Shown here: positions 1 through 9,135 of the stretch, one piece after another
Position numbering within the stretch: the first letter of the stretch is position 1
Layout of the letters: each line of letters starts with the position of its first letter
IMG/VR virus record: IMGVR_UViG_3300029288_000170
Location: 4,003-68,002 of that record
Reading direction: 5' to 3' (one strand)
Length of the DNA stretch: 64,000 nucleotides
Origin: a virus
Lineage: Duplodnaviria; Caudoviricetes
The notes under the pieces: model-generated
What the model saw: the letters and a program-made list of their open reading frames with translations, nothing else
The model's database searches: none
Told to the model about the DNA's origin: nothing
Program-made: the position numbers and the translations under genes

Positions 1-1412
1 TCTATAGTAGTATCGGTACAAAACGTACAACCTATTGCAGAGTTGCCACCATTTATGATCGTATTTCTTGCTATTAGTGTATTTGAGAACCATTCAGGAT
101 AAGCATAACCTTTATTAATAGATATCCCCCAACAACCGGATTTAGTTTTATCTGGTCTTTGGTAGATTAGATTATCAATAACAGATAAATGTGTTACTTG
201 TCCATGTGCTACTAGTTGTACAGCTTCACATTCGTTATTAGGGTTTCCAGACCACATGGCGTTATCTCCAATAATATTATTAGAGATCGTCATATAGTCA
301 CTTCCAGTTATATAGACATTATGGTGTAAAAACCTATCAGTAAAACCATTGTTAATGATTATATTACTATCTATTAAGGATTTAAAACCCCACATATGGT
401 CTACACCCATAGCCATATTCTCTAGCCTACTATTCTTTAAAGTGATGAATGAATAGTCTCTATCAAAATTGGTCACAGATATAGTTACATCTGGTGTATT
501 AGCTTCATCAACAACATCCCAAATCTCTCCTTGAGTAAGTGTGATAGTAGTAGAAGTTGCACTTTGTACTCTATACATCCTCTTTTTAGTTGCAAAGGAA
601 GTTTTCTGACTATACTCTATATCTGCGTCATTAAGGCCACCAGAAGAACCGGATATAATAATACCATCCCCCTTATTAGGTGTAACAGTCCAAGTACCAC
701 TGGCTCTACTAATAGTATCACCTACATTTGGGTCAGCATTATGTGTAAAGGTAAGGTCAGATAAAGTTTCAGTACTTAATATTGTAGGTACTTGTGTGCC
801 ATTAGGTATAACACCCATTCTACATTCTTCTATCCATAGATTATCTATAGTAACATAGTCTACATCTTGGTACAATCTGATTCCGTAGTTAGTACCTTGG
901 TCTGTCTCACCTAGTTCAGTATGTATAGACTCTAAACCACAACGAATATGCAGATTTAAGAAAGTTACACCCTCCCTCCCACTAGGTTCTACTCTAAACA
1001 TAGGCTTACCATTAACTATATTTATAAACTCTGGCGGTTCTATGTTAGTAGCATAGTCAGGCATATAGTCCCTAATAACTATAGGTTGCGCTGCCGTAGC
1101 ATTAGCATTAGCAATGTTAGGTGGGCCTGCTGGATCAGTTTGATAAAATCTACCACCTCTACAGAAAGCTAATGCTTCATTTGCTTGTAAAGTATTTACA
1201 ATAGATAAAGCCTTAGCATAGGTTTGGTAGGGGGTTGTTGGATTCTCTGGTGTTACTGAAGTATCTCCACTAGAATTAACTGTGCCATTGGGTAACTTAT
1301 CACATATATAATATACTTTAGCATATGGATAAGATACTCCTGTACCTATTAGTCTAGATATAGTATCTGGTTGTGGATTGTAATATGCTGTAGCTATAGT
1401 AGGTAACAGCAT
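1..1412 (-). CDS. Partial (runs off left edge) parallel beta-helix / pectin-lyase-like protein, >470 aa
   Basis: Not in ORF track (no stop in window). ATG at 1412 (MLLPTIATAYY...) is in frame with the open left end (...ARNTIINGGNSAIGCTFCTDTTI); recurring N/I-rich beta-helix turns (SNNIIGDN, IDNLIY, ARNTIING). Confidence 0.65.
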   Translation of the reverse strand, partial: MLLPTIATAYYNPQPDTISRLIGTGVSYPYAKVYYICDKLPNGTVNSSGDTSVTPENPTTPYQTYAKALSIVNTLQANEALAFCRGGRFYQTDPAGPPNIANANATAAQPIVIRDYMPDYATNIEPPEFINIVNGKPMFRVEPSGREGVTFLNLHIRCGLESIHTELGETDQGTNYGIRLYQDVDYVTIDNLWIEECRMGVIPNGTQVPTILSTETLSDLTFTHNADPNVGDTISRASGTWTVTPNKGDGIIISGSSGGLNDADIEYSQKTSFATKKRMYRVQSATSTTITLTQGEIWDVVDEANTPDVTISVTNFDRDYSFITLKNSRLENMAMGVDHMWGFKSLIDSNIIINNGFTDRFLHHNVYITGSDYMTISNNIIGDNAMWSGNPNNECEAVQLVAHGQVTHLSVIDNLIYQRPDKTKSGCWGISINKGYAYPEWFSNTLIARNTIINGGNSAIGCTFCTDTTI

Positions 1413-1431
1413 AAAACATAAAATTAGAAAT

Positions 1432-1734
1432 CTATACATAATTTTTCCTTACATTGTAGTAGTTTTGTAAAAGTTCAGTTATCTCTGTTTCTGCATCAGC
1501 TATAGGTACATTTACAAAGGTATTTGTTTTAGTTCTAAATCTAACATCTGTTTGACTTGTTAATACAGCTATTCTTCTTTGACTAATCATTGTTCCAATG
1601 TAATCTATGGAAGCATCATAAGTATGTCCTAACGATGTTGTAAAAGAGTTTAAAGATGTTACTTCATCTACATTATAAGTTGATGTAACCCAATCTGGTA
1701 TGCTACCAGTAACAGTAGCTTTTGATACTCTCAT
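1432..1734 (-). CDS. Hypothetical protein, probably virion-associated
   Basis: ORF track 1432..1782; better start MRVSKAT at 1734 with GAGG RBS; co-oriented and tightly packed in the left operon. Confidence 0.5.
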   Translation of the reverse strand: MRVSKATVTGSIPDWVTSTYNVDEVTSLNSFTTSLGHTYDASIDYIGTMISQRRIAVLTSQTDVRFRTKTNTFVNVPIADAETEITELLQNYYNVRKNYV

Positions 1735-1741
1735 AACTACC

Positions 1742-2233
1742 TCACTCAAACAACACATTAAACCAGCAATCAGCAGCACCAATAGTCTTAGTTGGGCCAG
1801 TAGATGAGTTACCTATAACCATGCCAGTAGCAAATGGGTAAGGTTTACCTCCTGAGTCCCAACTAAAGTTATCAGTTGCAGCAATTTTAATAATGATAAT
1901 TGGAACTGCTGTATCTGCTGGTAAGGTTGCTGAGTTATATATTTGTATAAACTGAGCAGGCCCACTGTTATAACCAGAAAAACCATGTAATTTACCAGCA
2001 GTAGCTTTGATTACATGACTAGCTTCATAGGCAGTAGAATGTACTTCCGAAGCATCTGTACTGCCCCCTAATGCGTTTATGGTTTCTGTGCTTAGACTAA
2101 CAGTTTCTAATGCAGCCAAACTGGTAGAACCTAGCTCTGTAGTTTCTAATGCTGCTAAAGTAGTAGCACCTAATTCGACATTACTTATTGTAACATCACC
2201 GACTGTAATACTTGCACCTGCTGGAAATGGCAT
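1742..2233 (-). CDS. Virion-like protein with short internal repeats and a beta-rich C-terminal domain
   Basis: LGATTLAALET / LGSTSLAALET repeats followed by YEASHVIKATAGKLHGF...CWFNVLFE; Ala/Thr/Gly-rich like structural proteins. Confidence 0.5.
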   Translation of the reverse strand: MPFPAGASITVGDVTISNVELGATTLAALETTELGSTSLAALETVSLSTETINALGGSTDASEVHSTAYEASHVIKATAGKLHGFSGYNSGPAQFIQIYNSATLPADTAVPIIIIKIAATDNFSWDSGGKPYPFATGMVIGNSSTGPTKTIGAADCWFNVLFE

Positions 2234-2244
2234 AGTTGTTCTCC

Positions 2245-2802
2245 TTAGTTAATAATATCAACAGTATCGCCAATAGCACCAGTAACTTTAAAGTTAGATA
2301 TAGGTGCAAAAATGGCTACTGAAATGTGATCCACAGCAGTTACATCTGGTGTTAAAGTATCCCAAGACTTTTCATTATTAGTAGAAATTTCTATCTTTCT
2401 GCCAGCTTCCGCCGAATTGAGTGTTATTGTCATAGGAAATGTATAGCCACCCATTCCCTGCTTTAAAGTAGTTGCATCAAGTGTAAATTCTGCCATGTTA
2501 GTTACCTTGTAAGATTTAATAAAGTAAAAGTAAGGTATGATTATACCAGAACCACCCCCTGAAGGAGGTACTGGATCATTGATTGTATCAGCTACAATTA
2601 GACTTCCATCGGGGGCTGTCTTTGCACCAGAAGTAACTATTGTAACTAAATCACCATTAGCTAAAGTTTTAAAAGAGTATTGTTCACCATATTGTACAAT
2701 TAAAGCTATCTGACCTGTACCATCTGGAAGTGTTTTAAACCCATTGGACAGGAGTACTAAGTCCCCATTACCTATAGTTTTAAATGACACCGACTGCTCC
2801 AA
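2245..2802 (-). CDS. Hypothetical protein with duplicated FKTxxNGDLV motif; possible internal second start at 2496
   Basis: SFKTIGNGDLV / SFKTLANGDLV and KTLPDG / KTAPDG repeats; in-frame ATG (MAEFTLD) preceded by AAGGT. Confidence 0.5.
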   Translation of the reverse strand: MEQSVSFKTIGNGDLVLLSNGFKTLPDGTGQIALIVQYGEQYSFKTLANGDLVTIVTSGAKTAPDGSLIVADTINDPVPPSGGGSGIIIPYFYFIKSYKVTNMAEFTLDATTLKQGMGGYTFPMTITLNSAEAGRKIEISTNNEKSWDTLTPDVTAVDHISVAIFAPISNFKVTGAIGDTVDIIN

Positions 2803-4123
2803 CGTAGATAGTTGTAGATGGTTTTACGAGAGTTACCTTAATCTTAACATATCCTTTTTGAGTTGGTGTAAAAGCAGGTACAGTTAGTCTATGAGTACGT
2901 TCAGTAGTATAACCATCACCTGTGTAAGTTACTGTACCAGCAGCAATATCAGCAGGAGTAGCTAGTACATTTGGGCAACTTGTTACAGAAGTACCTAAAG
3001 GGCTGTCAGCACCGCTAAAATAATTAGCAGTTATAAAAAGTTCATCATTCTTTAAAGCTGCTGCACCATCACCTTCAACTAAGACCTCAACGTAAGGAGT
3101 GATACTTGCTAAAGTAGTTATATCAATGCAATAGGTTCTTTCTAGTGGAACACCTCTACCAGAATTAGCAGAAGTAGCCATTTTATTGCTTAAAGAAACT
3201 GCACCATCAACAATAGGGTTTGTGTCTGATATGATAGTTGCATTAGTAGTTATACTTCCTGCTGCTGTATGTCTTTCATAAGCATAATGGATATTGCCGA
3301 CACTTGTATTAATTAAAGTAACTGAAGAATAAGGTGAGAAAGAAGCACCTGTAAATAAATTAGCACCAGCAGGTAGCTTGCAGTTTTCTAAGATTACTTC
3401 AATTTGAGCATCTAAGCTAACATCAATTAAGTTTGTCCAAGACTTAATAGATAAATCACTATTTTTAATTACTACTTTTGATACTGTACCAGCTCCAGAA
3501 GTAAATAGTGTGGTTGGTGTAACCGCTCCACCTAGTATAATATTATCTAATTCAACATAACCTTGCCCAAGTGATATTTTATTGCCGATATGTCCTGCTA
3601 TTAAAGTACAATCCTTTGTTTTAAAGATACTAGGATCACAACCATTGCCAGAAGGCCCACCAAATTTTGCTAAGAAACCTGTTGCATTTGTAGATAATGT
3701 ACCTATAATGCAACTTTCTAAATACATATTGCTGTGTTTAGCTATAGTACCAAAAGCAGGATATTGGTTTGTACTTCCTGATGTACATTTTATCTCTACA
3801 CCATATATGTGCCAATTGCCCTCAAAAGTCATAACACCAGAAGCTACTGACCAATTTAGTTTAGCACCGGCGGCTAAAGTACCTGGACTTGCATCAAAAT
3901 CAGAAACAGATAGCAGTTTTTGTGGATTAGCATCTGCTTGAATGGAAGAGAAAGTTGTTGCAGCACCAATAACTTCAGTTGATGTGTTATTAATGAAAAT
4001 TGCTTCTGTACCTGCTACAGTAATAGCTGCAAGTGCAGTTGCTAAAGTTGTAGAAGCTGTTTCTGGTGATTCATAAGGAGCAGTTGCCCCTGCACTTGCA
4101 CTATCATAATATTTATTTGCCAT
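2780..4123 (-). CDS. Tail-fibre/appendage-like beta-helical protein (447 aa)
   Basis: N-terminal NKYYDSASAGA...TTLATALAA motif of the kind that precedes beta-helix domains; Thr/Ala/Gly-rich. Confidence 0.45.
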   Translation of the reverse strand: MANKYYDSASAGATAPYESPETASTTLATALAAITVAGTEAIFINNTSTEVIGAATTFSSIQADANPQKLLSVSDFDASPGTLAAGAKLNWSVASGVMTFEGNWHIYGVEIKCTSGSTNQYPAFGTIAKHSNMYLESCIIGTLSTNATGFLAKFGGPSGNGCDPSIFKTKDCTLIAGHIGNKISLGQGYVELDNIILGGAVTPTTLFTSGAGTVSKVVIKNSDLSIKSWTNLIDVSLDAQIEVILENCKLPAGANLFTGASFSPYSSVTLINTSVGNIHYAYERHTAAGSITTNATIISDTNPIVDGAVSLSNKMATSANSGRGVPLERTYCIDITTLASITPYVEVLVEGDGAAALKNDELFITANYFSGADSPLGTSVTSCPNVLATPADIAAGTVTYTGDGYTTERTHRLTVPAFTPTQKGYVKIKVTLVKPSTTIYVGAVGVI

Positions 4124-4132
4124 TGTTTAACC

Positions 4133-4462
4133 TCAATCTAGTTTAGTGTTAAGACGTTTATTTGCCCAACTTTCAGCAAATTTTTCAAATTGTAGTATAA
4201 TTTTGCTACCCATGTGACCTGAAACACCTACTAAAGCCGGTGTTAGAAGTTGATTAAGTTCCGCGGCTTCACAAAGATAAAAGGTAATAACACCAGCAAA
4301 GGCTGATGTAACTATTTCACCAATTAGCTCTGTAAAATTAAATGGCCGTGTATCCCCATTTTTACGTTTAGTATTCCAGCTCACAACACCTCCCCAAGCT
4401 GATAGTATAAGTACCCATAGATACGTAATATAAGAATAACTGGTAGGGTCTTTATCAGGCAT
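4133..4462 (-). CDS. Holin (LydA-like, superfamily III)
   Basis: MPDKDPTSYSYITYLWVLILSAWGGVVSW..., 2-3 hydrophobic segments, ALVGVSGHMGS motif, basic C-terminus. Confidence 0.7.
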   Translation of the reverse strand: MPDKDPTSYSYITYLWVLILSAWGGVVSWNTKRKNGDTRPFNFTELIGEIVTSAFAGVITFYLCEAAELNQLLTPALVGVSGHMGSKIILQFEKFAESWANKRLNTKLD

Positions 4463-4575
4463 AGCTACATCCAAATAGTTATTAAAGAATTAGGTTATTT
4501 GTTATTAGTATTATTACAAACCCTACCGAAAGATAGATTTGTTTTGTGAGAGAAAACTTGATATACTCCTTATAT

Positions 4576-4604
4576 AGTGTATCCTTTTAAAACAACAAAA
4601 TCAA
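4576..4604 (-). promoter_or_regulatory. Putative sigma70 promoter for the leftward holin operon
   Basis: Minus strand TTGATT-N17-TACACT in the 155-bp divergent gap between holin and terS. Confidence 0.4.
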
Positions 4605-4629
4605 GACCTTTAACTAAGAAGGGCAGGAA

Positions 4630-5367
4630 ATGATAGAAGATATAAACAATTCGTACATAAATGTTGATAGTACAATATCTCCACAAGTACTAGCAGGACT
4701 TCTAGGTATAAATGTCAGCCTAGTTTACCAAGAAAGTCAAGCAGGTAGGTTGCCCAATGATCTATCAGTAGCAACTTATCGTCAATGTGTCCAGCAGTAT
4801 GTTAACTACTATAAGAAAAAACAGGATTTGAAGATAGAGAAAGAAAAACACGATCAGGAACTAAAACTAGAAAAACTTGCTTCGGATGAGAAAGTCAAAC
4901 TAGAAAAGGCTAGATTAGCTCAGGAAGAGGCAACTAGAGTAGCTAAGATGAGGGAAGAAAAACAAAAGAATAAGATTAGTTACTCTACAGAGGGGGATGA
5001 TAGTATACATCCTTTGATGGCAATTAAAATTAAGCAGAATATAAAGACGGAACGTGCAAGGGAAGAGCAGTTAATACAGAAAAATGCAATCGAACGACAA
5101 GATTACATAGATAAAGATGAGCAGTATGAACTAGTAGAACCTTTTGTAACTGCTATAGCTGATGTTCTAAAATACATAGCAGGAACTACTAAAGACACGG
5201 AAGTGCAGAAGAAGGTAGATGAAGGGATGGAGGAGTTACACCAACTAGGGGTAACTTTGTTGGAGAAAGTAGAGATAGATGCGAAGAACTATGTTAAGGT
5301 GATGTTGGAAAGGGAATTTGATGCAGAAGAGATAGATGATATTGAGGAAGAAGTAGATGAAGATTAA
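4630..5367 (+). CDS. terS: Terminase small subunit (Nu1-like)
   Basis: N-terminal HTH (SPQVLAGLLGINVSLVYQ), long charged coiled coil, overlaps start of GpA-type large subunit. Confidence 0.75.
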   Translation: MIEDINNSYINVDSTISPQVLAGLLGINVSLVYQESQAGRLPNDLSVATYRQCVQQYVNYYKKKQDLKIEKEKHDQELKLEKLASDEKVKLEKARLAQEEATRVAKMREEKQKNKISYSTEGDDSIHPLMAIKIKQNIKTERAREEQLIQKNAIERQDYIDKDEQYELVEPFVTAIADVLKYIAGTTKDTEVQKKVDEGMEELHQLGVTLLEKVEIDAKNYVKVMLEREFDAEEIDDIEEEVDED

Positions 5368-7327
5368 ACGAAGTTATAAGAATATCTCAGAAAGGCGATT
5401 TATAGGTACATTACTTAAACTATTTGCTCCTGCGATCAGGATAAGTACGATTGATTGGGCGCATTTGTATCGAAGAATGACTTCCGAAGAATCTGAAATG
5501 GTTGGTAGATTCGATTGTAATAGAACACCTGCTTTAGAGTATGTTTATGATTGTTTAGACAACTGGCAAGTTTATATTGTAGTTGTGATGAAAGCATCTC
5601 AGATTGGTTGGAGTGAGTTAACAAACAACTTCTTAGGTAAGTTAATACACACAAACCCATGTAAGATAATGATGGCGTTTCCTGGGTTAACTCTTTGTAG
5701 GAACTATAGTAGGGAGAAACTACAAAAACTAATAGATAATACTAAAGTACTTCGAGATATTATTAACATAGGAGTTGCTAAAGAGAGTTTTAACTTCTTT
5801 AAGTTTCCTGGAGGTTGGTTAAAGCTAACTACTTTAGGTTCAATACAATCAGTACTTTCATCTTCAATTAAAGTAATTATTATTGAAGAGCCAAGTCAGG
5901 TTAAAAATGACCTTGTTAATCAAGGTGATCCATTAGAACTTGCAATAGGTCGCCAAAAGACCTTTAATATAGGGCAAAAGAAACTTATTTTTGGGGGAAC
6001 ACCAACACATAAGGATTTTTGTAGAGTAGATAACGCATATAAGAAGAGTAACCAGTTAGTATTTAAAGCTGAATGTCATTTATGTGGCGAGTTAAGTGAA
6101 CTATCGTTTGATAATCTAAAGTATGATGAGTATCAAGATAGATACATTGATGAAGTATACGGGAAGTATAACCCATATTCAGCTTATTATGAATGTCCTC
6201 ACTGTCTCGGTAGATGGAGTTTTGAGGAAAAATCCCAAAACATAATTAATGGTAAGAAACATGGTTTTACAGACGAATGGGGAAATTTCTCAAAAGGTTG
6301 GCATAGTAAAAGAGAAAGTAGCGTATCTAATATGGTTGGTTTCCATATACCGGAATTGCTCAACAGTTTCTCAGATAGTTCAGATTATGTCACTCTGGCT
6401 AAGAAGGTTATTTTAGCTAACATAGCCCTTGAAAAAGGTAACGAAAGTAAAATGAAAGACCTTATGAATAATAATAAAGGTCTGCCTTATGCTTCTGGTG
6501 TTTCGGCCATGGAAGTAGAAGAAATGATTGCTTTAAGGAAGAACTATCCTGAACATATAGTTCCTATGGAAGGCTTAGTTTTAACTATGGGTGTTGACGT
6601 TCAAGATAACAGGTTTGCTATAATTATTCGGGCTAGAGGAAGAAATAATAACGCTTGGTTAGTTACTTGGATAGAGATATTCGGTGATGTTAAAGTACAA
6701 GAAGTAGATGAATATGGAAAGTTTAAAGGTGTTTGGGGGGAACTATGGGACAGGATATTAGGAAAAGTTCCTCATGCAAGCGGCAAAGAATTAGGTATTT
6801 CCGCTTGCTCAATAGATTCTGGGGATAATACAGAACTTGTTTATAAGTTTATACTAGCCATTAATGAGTATCATCCACAAGTATTTGCTACTAAAGGTGT
6901 TAGGGATTTACGTCATTCAGACGATGAGATATATATGGAGCCTGGGTTACTTGAAATTAATGCAGACAAACAGTATAGAAAATCATTAGCTGAGCGTATG
7001 GGTGTTACTTTATTTAAACTAGGCGCACACCGCGCACATGATGAAATCCTTACAAGAATTGCTTTAAATAAGAAACCAGATGCAAGAAGTAATATGTATT
7101 ACCACAATGAACAGTCCTATGGTGACTATGAGAAACAAATGCTGTCTTGTAGAAAGATTATAGATACAGAAAGTAACTACGATAAGAGTGTTTATAAGCT
7201 AATTCCTGGACAACGTAAAGAAGCTATGGACGCTGAGAAAAATGCTTTACATGCTGCACACGCTATTGGTATTCGTAACTATACTAATGAGCATTGGAAA
7301 CAGATCGAAAATTATTTATATCAATGA
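5357..7327 (+). CDS. terL: Terminase large subunit, lambda GpA family
   Basis: RTPAL, MKASQIGWSE Walker A region, IIIEE Walker B, Zn-ribbon CHLC...CPHC, LTMGVDVQDNR nuclease motif, SIDSG. Confidence 0.93.
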   Translation: MKIKRSYKNISERRFIGTLLKLFAPAIRISTIDWAHLYRRMTSEESEMVGRFDCNRTPALEYVYDCLDNWQVYIVVVMKASQIGWSELTNNFLGKLIHTNPCKIMMAFPGLTLCRNYSREKLQKLIDNTKVLRDIINIGVAKESFNFFKFPGGWLKLTTLGSIQSVLSSSIKVIIIEEPSQVKNDLVNQGDPLELAIGRQKTFNIGQKKLIFGGTPTHKDFCRVDNAYKKSNQLVFKAECHLCGELSELSFDNLKYDEYQDRYIDEVYGKYNPYSAYYECPHCLGRWSFEEKSQNIINGKKHGFTDEWGNFSKGWHSKRESSVSNMVGFHIPELLNSFSDSSDYVTLAKKVILANIALEKGNESKMKDLMNNNKGLPYASGVSAMEVEEMIALRKNYPEHIVPMEGLVLTMGVDVQDNRFAIIIRARGRNNNAWLVTWIEIFGDVKVQEVDEYGKFKGVWGELWDRILGKVPHASGKELGISACSIDSGDNTELVYKFILAINEYHPQVFATKGVRDLRHSDDEIYMEPGLLEINADKQYRKSLAERMGVTLFKLGAHRAHDEILTRIALNKKPDARSNMYYHNEQSYGDYEKQMLSCRKIIDTESNYDKSVYKLIPGQRKEAMDAEKNALHAAHAIGIRNYTNEHWKQIENYLYQ

Positions 7328-7334
7328 GGTTAAA

Positions 7335-7607
7335 ATGGCTAGAACATTAGCAGACGTAGAAGCAGAATTAGTTACAGTTAATGCCGCTATACAACAACTG
7401 ACACAGGGCAAACGTGTAACACAATTAGAAGTAGGTTCCGGCAACTTTCGTAGAAGATACAACTATCAAGAAATATCTATGGATAGTTTAAAAGCTTTAC
7501 GGGATGATTTATTGGTTGAAAGGGATTCGTTATCCACAACACCAGTAACACCTACTTTCAGAACTAATGCAACAATACCAATGGTAGTTGGTAAGGATAT
7601 ATTCTAA
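7335..7607 (+). CDS. Head-tail joining protein (gpW-like)
   Basis: MARTLADVEAELVTVNAAIQQLTQGKRV...; between terL and portal as in lambda; ATG at 7335 with GAGG RBS. Confidence 0.7.
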   Translation: MARTLADVEAELVTVNAAIQQLTQGKRVTQLEVGSGNFRRRYNYQEISMDSLKALRDDLLVERDSLSTTPVTPTFRTNATIPMVVGKDIF

Positions 7608-9052
7608 TGGCCGTAGATGAAGAATCTCAAGAATTAATTTATAACATAGTTAGCCAACCTGGATTAGCTTATGAAGGTGCATCAGTTTCTTACAAACAAG
7701 GTTTAAGAGGTCTATTAGCTGGTGAAGCAGATACTTTAGCTGCAAGAGAAATCCAGTACCTACAAATGCGTTCTGAACATGCTGTTAGAAACAACGGGCA
7801 TGCTAAAGCGGCTTTCGATAGATATTGTACTAATCTTGATGCAGTTACAGTTACTTGGAAAGATGCTAAAGGTAAATCTCATAAGCAAATGCAAGCTATG
7901 TGGGATGAGTTTGCAGATAGTCCTAACTTAGATGGTTATGGTTCATTAAAAACTACCCAAAGTATTTGGAATGGTTCGCAGTTTAAAGCAGGGGCAGCTT
8001 ATACTAGGATGCACATTCGAAGGAATGGTAATAGAAATAAAGTTCCGTTAAAACTTCAACCAATTCCAGCTATGTTACATGATATCTCTTATATGGGTAA
8101 ATCTCATAATGAGATAACAAAGTACGGCATTACCTTTGAAGATACTAAACCAGTTACTTATTACTTTAGAAAAGGGTTATACGAACAGGCTTGGTTAGAT
8201 TCTAACCTTAACTACCCACAAGTAGCTATTCCTGCTAATGAACTATTACATATGTTTATTAGAGAGTCGCCTGGGCAATGGATAGGTATACCATTCTTAT
8301 CATCTGTTCTGTTACCTCTATATGAAATAGATGAATTAACTGACGCTACTATAGCTAAACAAAAAGCTGCACAGGCTATTGCATGGATTATTGAAAATAC
8401 TAATCCTTTAGCTATGACACCAACTGGTTCGCCTGTAACTGTTAAAGATAGTGCAGAGAACAATAAAGTGGTGTTTAAGGCACAAGGTGGTTCTACCCAG
8501 TATTTGAATAAAGGTGAAAAGATTAACTTTTACCAGTCAACAGATATTGGTGCTAACTTACCAGTTTTGATTAGGTCGGAGTTACTTAAAATAGCTGCAT
8601 CACTAGGCATACCTTACTATCAACTAACTGGCGATACTTCTGGTTTAGACTTTAGTTCTATTCGTGCTTTAGCTATTGAATTAAGAACTAGGATAGAGTA
8701 TATACATTACTTTTTTACTATACCTTTAGGTTTAATGCCATTAGCTTTATACTTTAAAAATTTAGCTAAACTCTATAATCCTAAAGTAGCTAACGCAATT
8801 CCTGACTTTCAACTGCCTAGGTACAGAGGTATAGATGAGTTAAAAGATATACAAGCAGATGTGTTAATGGTTCAAAATGGTATGGGAACTTTAGAGGAAG
8901 TGTTGGAAAAACGTAATTCTTCTTACGACAAGGTTATGGCAGATAGAGAAAAGATAAAAGAGATAGGCTTAGATAACTTACTTGATCCTACCGGGGCAGC
9001 TATGAAACAAGCTAATAACACGGAAGCTAATACAAACTCTTCATCGAACTAA
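7607..9052 (+). CDS. Portal protein, lambda family
   Basis: RSEHAVRNNGHAKAA, GQWIGIPFLSSVL, IAASLGIPYYQLTGDTSGLDFSSIRA motifs; 481 aa; synteny. Confidence 0.92.
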   Translation: MAVDEESQELIYNIVSQPGLAYEGASVSYKQGLRGLLAGEADTLAAREIQYLQMRSEHAVRNNGHAKAAFDRYCTNLDAVTVTWKDAKGKSHKQMQAMWDEFADSPNLDGYGSLKTTQSIWNGSQFKAGAAYTRMHIRRNGNRNKVPLKLQPIPAMLHDISYMGKSHNEITKYGITFEDTKPVTYYFRKGLYEQAWLDSNLNYPQVAIPANELLHMFIRESPGQWIGIPFLSSVLLPLYEIDELTDATIAKQKAAQAIAWIIENTNPLAMTPTGSPVTVKDSAENNKVVFKAQGGSTQYLNKGEKINFYQSTDIGANLPVLIRSELLKIAASLGIPYYQLTGDTSGLDFSSIRALAIELRTRIEYIHYFFTIPLGLMPLALYFKNLAKLYNPKVANAIPDFQLPRYRGIDELKDIQADVLMVQNGMGTLEEVLEKRNSSYDKVMADREKIKEIGLDNLLDPTGAAMKQANNTEANTNSSSN

Positions 9053-9062
9053 ATAATTATAA

Positions 9063-9109
9063 GTGCAAGTCAAAATTTCCTTGCGTACTTGCACCTTCCA
9101 TGCTATCAT
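9063..9109 (+). promoter_or_regulatory. Internal sigma70-like promoter overlapped by an inverted repeat, upstream of head genes
   Basis: TTGCGT(9081)-N17-TATCAT(9104) with extended -10 TG; GTGCAAGT (9063) / ACTTGCAC (9087) inverted repeat straddles the -35. Confidence 0.5.
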
Positions 9110-9135
9110 TTCTGTAACTCAAAGAGGGTTATTTT

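Noticed and set aside
531-764. Plus-strand 77-aa ORF
   Set aside because: Shadow of the long minus-strand beta-helix ORF (1412 to left edge) that the track omitted.
4475-4629. cos site directly upstream of terS as in lambda
   Set aside because: No GC-rich or symmetric 12-mer here; the gap is explained by divergent promoters.
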